Source: an uncultured Kangiella sp.
Lineage (GTDB): Bacteria > Pseudomonadota > Gammaproteobacteria > Enterobacterales > Kangiellaceae
Reading direction: 5' to 3'
NCBI GenBank assembly: GCA_947503345.1
Contig: CANNCW010000005.1
Location: 114,454 to 178,453 of the forward strand
DNA length: 64,000 bases
Part shown: positions 58,514 to 64,000 of the stretch, in pieces
Layout: the number at the start of each line of letters is the position of its first letter
How positions within the stretch are numbered: the first letter of the stretch is position 1
The notes under the pieces: model-generated
Told to the model about the DNA's origin: nothing
The model's input: the letters and a program-made list of their open reading frames with translations, nothing else
The model's database searches: none
Program-made: the position numbers and the translations under genes

Positions 58514-61000
58514 ATGAACTCAAACAACAATAATTTTTTCTTTAATCTATATAAAAAGCTAATTATCGATAAGCCTTTAATCTCGATTATTGCAGTAATT
58601 ATAATCACCATTATTGCCGCAACTCAACTACCTAAGTTTCGATTAGACGCCTCTGGAGATTCATTAGTTTTAGAAAATGACACTTCCCTTGCATATTACC
58701 GAGAAGCAACAAAAAAATACGGTTCGGATGATTTTTTAGTAATAACATGGCAACCAGAAAAAGGCTTAATGGATGATAATGCTTTAAATAAGCTACAAGA
58801 ATTAGTAGAACGCTTAGAAAAAGTACAAACCGTTGCTAACGTAAATAGTATCCTTAATGTACCTTTGTTGGATGGACTCACTTTAGATGTCGACGCACTT
58901 AGTAATATACCGACTTTAAGTTCTAAAGGCATCGACAAAGAAAAAGCACTCAAAGAATTTGTCACTAGCCCAATATATAAAGATTTGTTGGTAGGTGAAG
59001 ATGGCGATACTAGCGCGGTTCAAATCAATTTTATACGCGATGAACGCTACTTTTCACTACAAGAAGGCCGCGACTCATTACGCAAAGAAAAAAGGAGCCG
59101 AGAGCTAACTTCTGAAGAACAATTCAAACTTACTCAACTTGAGCAAGAGTTTGATAATTACAGTCGCGTTACTTCACAGCGCACCAATGCAATCATTACC
59201 GAAGTCAGAGCCATCATGCAAGATTACCGTGATGTAGCAAAGCTTCATCTTGGCGGAGTCTCAATGATTACCAATGATATGCTCGATTTTATTCAGCATG
59301 ACATTACTGTATTTGGTATTGGGATTATTTTATTTATTATGTTGGCGCTGTTTGTTTTTTTTGGCAAACTCCGTTGGGTAGTTTTGCCATTGTTTTCCTG
59401 TTTAACTACCGTTATTATTTTAGCAGGGTTGCTCAGCTTTCTTGATTGGCGAATCACCGTTATATCGTCAAATTTCCCATCCATACTCTTAATCGTGATA
59501 CTGGCTTTATCTGTGCACTTAGTAGTTTTCTATAGGGACTATATTGCACAAAACCCTGAGTCTGAGCAAAAACAGCGCGTTATTACCACTGTAACTCACA
59601 TGTTTTGGCCCTGCTTTTATACTGCTTTAACAACCATCGTTGCATTTATATCGTTACTTATAAGCGGTATCCGTCCGGTAATAGATTTTGGCTGGATTAT
59701 GACTATGGGAATTGTTTTAGGTTTTACTTTAACCTTTATTATCTTCCCAAGTTTTATACAGCTAATGAAAGCTGACACACATTCCTCTGGAACCAGTATT
59801 ACTTATAAGATTACTCATTGGATTTATAACTTCAGTGTGAAATTCAAGCCATTAGTGTTTAGTTTAACTGTTGCGCTGATTGCCGTAAGCGCCTACGGTA
59901 TTTCACAGCTTAAAGTTGAAAATAGCTTTATTGATTACTTCAAGCCTGAAACCGAAATTCATCAGGGTATGAAAGTTATTGATCAAAAGCTTGGTGGCAC
60001 AACTCCTCTGGATATTATTATTGATGGCGATTTATCTGCTAACGATAGCTTTGATGATGAGTTTTCTGACGATTTTGAAGAAGATGACTTTGGCGATGAT
60101 TTTGCATCCGAATACGACCCAGGTTACTGGTTTACCGCAAATAAACTTGAGCAGTTAGAGTCTATCCATGACTATATCGATAGCTTAGAAGTTACAGGTA
60201 AAGTTCAATCTTTAGCTACTACAGCTAAAGTCTTGAAGCAAATGAATGAAGGAAACATTCCCGATCAAGTGACCTTAAGCTTAGCTCATCAAAAGTTTCC
60301 AGATGAGGTTAAGTCCGTTTTGCTAAGTCCTTACTTATCAAAAGATGGTAATCAAACTCGTATAAATATTCGAGTCGAAGAAACCAATAAAAACCTCAAA
60401 AGAGCAGAGCTCATTAATAATATTAGAGAGCATATCGTCAACGAAGCAAATATAAAGCCAGAGAACGTTAAAATTACTGGGATGCTAGTTCTTTATAATA
60501 ATATGCTAGAAAGCCTTTTCGACTCTCAGATTTTAACCATCGGCGCAGTATATATAGCTATTCTCATTATGTTCTTAATTTTATTTCGCTCTTTATCAGT
60601 TGCCATTATTGCAACTATTCCGAATGCGCTTTCGGCTGCCATGGTACTTGGCATTATGGGTTTAACCGGTATTCCTATGGACATGATGACAATTACCATT
60701 GCCGCTATCGTCATTGGTATTGCAGTTGATAACTCAATCCATTATGTGCACCGTTTTAAAGCCGAGTTTGTTACTGATGCGAATTATCTAGCTACCATGA
60801 AAAGATGTCATTCAAGCATCGGTAAAGCCATCTACTACACAGGTGTTACGGTTATCGCAGGCTTTGCTATTCTAGCCCTTTCCGACTTTATTCCATCGAT
60901 CTATTTTGGACTATTAACAGGACTGGCTATGGCTGTGGCACTGTTCCTAAATTTAACTTTATTGCCATTAATGTTGGTAACTGTAAAACCGTTTAAATAA
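58514..61000 (+). CDS. MMPL/RND-superfamily exporter
   Basis: Two-fold repeat of TM plus periplasmic loop; LGGTTPL, GIAVDNSIH, YF.P.TEI. Confidence 0.88.
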   Translation: MNSNNNNFFFNLYKKLIIDKPLISIIAVIIITIIAATQLPKFRLDASGDSLVLENDTSLAYYREATKKYGSDDFLVITWQPEKGLMDDNALNKLQELVERLEKVQTVANVNSILNVPLLDGLTLDVDALSNIPTLSSKGIDKEKALKEFVTSPIYKDLLVGEDGDTSAVQINFIRDERYFSLQEGRDSLRKEKRSRELTSEEQFKLTQLEQEFDNYSRVTSQRTNAIITEVRAIMQDYRDVAKLHLGGVSMITNDMLDFIQHDITVFGIGIILFIMLALFVFFGKLRWVVLPLFSCLTTVIILAGLLSFLDWRITVISSNFPSILLIVILALSVHLVVFYRDYIAQNPESEQKQRVITTVTHMFWPCFYTALTTIVAFISLLISGIRPVIDFGWIMTMGIVLGFTLTFIIFPSFIQLMKADTHSSGTSITYKITHWIYNFSVKFKPLVFSLTVALIAVSAYGISQLKVENSFIDYFKPETEIHQGMKVIDQKLGGTTPLDIIIDGDLSANDSFDDEFSDDFEEDDFGDDFASEYDPGYWFTANKLEQLESIHDYIDSLEVTGKVQSLATTAKVLKQMNEGNIPDQVTLSLAHQKFPDEVKSVLLSPYLSKDGNQTRINIRVEETNKNLKRAELINNIREHIVNEANIKPENVKITGMLVLYNNMLESLFDSQILTIGAVYIAILIMFLILFRSLSVAIIATIPNALSAAMVLGIMGLTGIPMDMMTITIAAIVIGIAVDNSIHYVHRFKAEFVTDANYLATMKRCHSSIGKAIYYTGVTVIAGFAILALSDFIPSIYFGLLTGLAMAVALFLNLTLLPLMLVTVKPFK

Positions 61001-61003
61001 CAT

Positions 61004-61456
61004 CTATTGTTTATTAGCTCTAATATGCACGGTTAACACATCACAAGGTGCGCCGTGCAATACACCATTAGCAGTTGAGCCTAATAAAAGCTCCAACCCA
61101 TGTTTGCCATGAGTTCCTAGCACAATTAGATCTGCACTGATTTCTTCAGCATAATTTTTGATCTGTCTGGCGGGCTTTCCAATGGCCAATTTAGGCATTT
61201 CAACATTTAATTCAAACTTTTCACTAATTTTAATTAGCTCCGCTTTGCGAAAATTTAAAACTTCTCGTTCTATCTCGGCAGTATTGACTAAAACACCTGT
61301 ATAGGGGGCTCCGAATAAACCCAATTCCATCGGATCAATGGCGTGAATTACATAAAACTTGGTATTTTCAGTAGAAAACGTTAAAGCTTTCTTGATAATC
61401 GCATCAATTTCATCACTAAAATCTAGAGCGATAAGAATATTTTTATAGTCAGCCAT
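61004..61456 (-). CDS. Universal stress protein
   Basis: YKNILIALD, ADLIVLGTHG..G...LLGSTA..VL..APCDVL; start set at 61456. Confidence 0.92.
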   Translation of the reverse strand: MADYKNILIALDFSDEIDAIIKKALTFSTENTKFYVIHAIDPMELGLFGAPYTGVLVNTAEIEREVLNFRKAELIKISEKFELNVEMPKLAIGKPARQIKNYAEEISADLIVLGTHGKHGLELLLGSTANGVLHGAPCDVLTVHIRANKQ

Positions 61457-61535
61457 AAAACCCTCCAAAAGTTTAAACCACAGCTTTAGTTTAAACTTTG
61501 TTGAGCACAGCAAATTGATTTAAATCAAATTTTAA

Positions 61536-62717
61536 CTATAAACTTATCGATACTAAATTAGCCGTTTCTCTGGCTGTTTGGCGCGCATCATCAATAGAGC
61601 CACCATGAGCCAAGGCTACGCCCATACGTCTTTTCCCACTAACTTCTGGTTTCCCAAATAGTCGAATATGTGTATTTGGTTTTGCTAGTGCGTTTTCCAA
61701 GTTTGAAAAACTAACTTGCTTTGATTCACCTTCCACTAAAATTACGGCTGATGCACAAGGGCCAGCTTGATTAATCACTGGAATGGGCAAATCCAAAATA
61801 GCTCTAGCATGGAGCGCAAATTCAGAAAGATCCTGAGATATCAATGTTACTAATCCTGTATCATGAGGTCTCGGAGAAACTTCACTGAAAATGGCCTCAT
61901 CGCCTTTAATAAATATTTCCACACCGAATAAACCATGTCCACCCAAATCATCCGTGATGGCTTTTGCCATTGCTTGGGATTGCCTTAAAGCTTCCGCGGA
62001 CATCGCTTGTGGTTGCCAAGACTCACGATAATCTCCATCTTTTTGAATATGGCCAATAGGTGCACAATAATGAGTGCCAGAAATCGAGCGAACAGTTAAC
62101 AAAGTGATCTCATAATCAAAATCTACGAACCCTTCAACAATAATCCTTCCTTCACCTGTACGACCACCCTCTTGCGAATAGTTCCAAGCATGCTCAATAT
62201 CAGATTCACTTTTAACGGTTGATTGGCCTTTGCCAGAACTACTCATCACAGGCTTAATCACACAAGGTAAACCAATTTCTTCTAGCGCTGCACGATATTC
62301 TTCATAGGTATCGGCAAATTTATAAGGTGATGTTTTAATTCCCAAATCTTCTGCCGCCAACCGGCGAATACCTTCACGATCCATGGTTAATCGGGTTGCG
62401 CGTGCAGTTGGAACTATATTGAAACCTTCTTGTTCAAGCTCTAACAACTTTTCAGTAGCAATGGCTTCAATTTCGGGGACAATTAGATCAGGCTTTTCTT
62501 TGTAAACCAGTTCTTGTAAAGCATTACCATCTAGCATATTCAAAGCATAGCTTCTATGCGCAACCTGCATAGCAGGAGCGTCAGGATAGCGGTCCACAGC
62601 AATCACTTCCACACCAAAACGTTGTAGTTCAATCACAACTTCTTTACCTAACTCACCAGAGCCAAGCATCATTACTTTTTTTGCAGTTGAAGATAAAGGC
62701 GTGCCAATTGTTGCCAT
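61536..62717 (-). CDS. purT: Formate-dependent phosphoribosylglycinamide formyltransferase
   Basis: [43 protein letters not shown]. Confidence 0.97.
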   Translation of the reverse strand: MATIGTPLSSTAKKVMMLGSGELGKEVVIELQRFGVEVIAVDRYPDAPAMQVAHRSYALNMLDGNALQELVYKEKPDLIVPEIEAIATEKLLELEQEGFNIVPTARATRLTMDREGIRRLAAEDLGIKTSPYKFADTYEEYRAALEEIGLPCVIKPVMSSSGKGQSTVKSESDIEHAWNYSQEGGRTGEGRIIVEGFVDFDYEITLLTVRSISGTHYCAPIGHIQKDGDYRESWQPQAMSAEALRQSQAMAKAITDDLGGHGLFGVEIFIKGDEAIFSEVSPRPHDTGLVTLISQDLSEFALHARAILDLPIPVINQAGPCASAVILVEGESKQVSFSNLENALAKPNTHIRLFGKPEVSGKRRMGVALAHGGSIDDARQTARETANLVSISL

Positions 62718-62824
62718 GGTTGTTTTCCTAATATTGATAAACTTTAATAAGTAAAGTGTATCAACTTATACCCTTTTAAAAAACTCCATTTCTTTAACTT
62801 GCTTACTTCCTGAAATATAAGCCT

Positions 62825-62850
62825 AAAAAAAGGGCTTCCAAAGAAGCCCT
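62825..62850 (-). terminator. Terminator after the LysM/BON gene
   Basis: AGGGCTTC-TTTG-GAAGCCCT followed by TTTTTT. Confidence 0.85.
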
Positions 62851-62879
62851 ACTAACTACCTTAAATACCTTAAAAGATA

Positions 62880-63314
62880 TTAATCTAGTGGTATACGGAT
62901 TTTCTGACCAGGATAAATTAAATCAGGATTTTTAATAACTTCCTTATTAGCTTCAAAAATCTCTTTATAGCGAGCACCGTTACCTAAGAACTTTTGCGAG
63001 ATTGCCCATAGAGTGTCGCCTTTTTGAATTTCATAAAATTCTACTTCTTTTTCTTGTTCTGGAGCTTCAACGCCTGAAGTATCTACTTGAGTTACCCCTT
63101 CAGCATTACCTGCCATTAATACCGCTTTTTCAACAGCATCAGCAGAACTGGCTTTACCCGTCATAACGACCTTTCCATCGTCGTTCATTTCAATATTTAG
63201 ATCATCAACACCTGGATTATCTTCTTCAATATGCTTCTTAATTTCAGTAGCACCATCGTCATCTTTACCAAATAACGTCTTACCCATGTTATATGCAAAA
63301 TCAAATAAACCCAT
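62880..63314 (-). CDS. BON + LysM protein (YgaU/Kbp-like)
   Basis: MGLFDF...G, EKAVLMAGN.EGV, YEIQKGDTLWAIS...Y..IFEAN...IYPGQKIRIP; start set at 63314. Confidence 0.9.
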   Translation of the reverse strand: MGLFDFAYNMGKTLFGKDDDGATEIKKHIEEDNPGVDDLNIEMNDDGKVVMTGKASSADAVEKAVLMAGNAEGVTQVDTSGVEAPEQEKEVEFYEIQKGDTLWAISQKFLGNGARYKEIFEANKEVIKNPDLIYPGQKIRIPLD

Positions 63315-63405
63315 GTTTATATCCTCTAGTTCGAAAAAATATGTAATAACTATATAGTGACTTCTAGCAATATGCCAAGGCACAATTCTCAAATATAACA
63401 ATATC

Positions 63406-63882
63406 TTACAATTGTGACAGACTTCGAATTTGCGGTTCTTCTAAGCGATAGCCAAGCCACTCGGTTTGTTCATTAGCTTTTAGACGTTGATAAAAATCAA
63501 TAGCTAATTGATTCCAGTCCAGTACCGACCAATCAATCCGACCGCAATCATTGGCTATGGCAACTTTTGCAAGCGCTTTGAACAACTCAAAACCAACTTT
63601 CTGAGAACGGTATTCCGGCTTAACATAGAAGTCTTCAAGGTAAATGCCGTGCTTGCCTAAAAACGTGGAATAATTAAAGAAATACAACATAAAACCTGCA
63701 GTTTCGCCATCCACCTCTGCTATTAAAGCAAAAGCTCTTGGCGAGTCACCAAACAAGGTTTGCTCAATTCTCGATGCAGTTACTTCAACTTCATCCGCTA
63801 GCTTTTCGTATTCTGCTAAACCTTTGATCAATTCGACAATAGTTTGCGCATCACTTTTTACGGCGCTTCGAATAAGAACCAT
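63406..63882 (-). CDS. GNAT N-acetyltransferase (SSAT-like)
   Basis: LAEYEK, YSTFLG..GIYLEDFYV.PEYR..KVG, W.VLDWN..AIDFY. Confidence 0.9.
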   Translation of the reverse strand: MVLIRSAVKSDAQTIVELIKGLAEYEKLADEVEVTASRIEQTLFGDSPRAFALIAEVDGETAGFMLYFFNYSTFLGKHGIYLEDFYVKPEYRSQKVGFELFKALAKVAIANDCGRIDWSVLDWNQLAIDFYQRLKANEQTEWLGYRLEEPQIRSLSQL

Positions 63883-63885
63883 AAA

Positions 63886-64000
63886 TTAGCTCACCATTTT
63901 TTTAAATTGTGAGCGAAACCAGTCAAATTGATTGAAGGTTGTTTGATCAAGGCTAGTTAATTTACTCCCCACAAAAATAGCTACAGTTGCCAACAAAAAC
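63886..64000 (-). CDS. 3' end of a probable membrane protein; runs off the window edge
   Basis: Open frame ...FLLATVAIFVGSKLTSLDQTTFNQFDWFRSQFKKMVS* ending 3 nt before the GNAT start. Confidence 0.5.
   Translation of the reverse strand, partial: FLLATVAIFVGSKLTSLDQTTFNQFDWFRSQFKKMVS

Noticed and set aside
60040-60115. Acidic low-complexity stretch in the RND exporter
   Set aside because: In-frame D/E/F-rich linker, with no DNA-level repeat structure.

Overview
AT-rich chromosomal window from a marine-type gammaproteobacterium; a Kangiellaceae-like lineage is my guess from gene content and is not verified. Most of it is conserved housekeeping backbone: yciB-yciI-bolA; pyrG-kdsA-eno-ftsB-ispD...ispF-truD-surE-pcm-yqaA-nlpD; rlmD-relA-mazG; a barA/gacS-type kinase; mtaB; mscS; xerD-dsbC...recJ; ffh...rpsP-rimM-trmD-rplS; ypjD-corC; purT. 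Several normally adjacent gene pairs are split by inserts. (1) A complete, atypical histidine operon (hisG, hisC fused to a HAD phosphatase, hisB, hisH, hisF, a hisA-hisI-hisE fusion, hisD) lies between ispD and ispF. It is preceded by two complete His-codon leader-peptide attenuators in tandem, which the ORF track misses. A candidate sigma70 promoter in the last codons of hisD could restore ispF transcription. (2) Between mazG and pyrG there is an accessory patch with an MsrA-GNAT fusion and an orphan Hcp that has a Sec signal peptide and a cysteine pair. (3) Between ffh and rpsP there is an opposite-strand island with a lipase-like lipoprotein, two Sel1-like paralogues, a lipoprotein, a two-blade propeller protein and an HNH-like nuclease. 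rpoS is absent from its usual place after nlpD. I saw no rRNA, tRNA, CRISPR array, IS element or prophage. All family assignments come from motif recognition by eye; no database searches were run.
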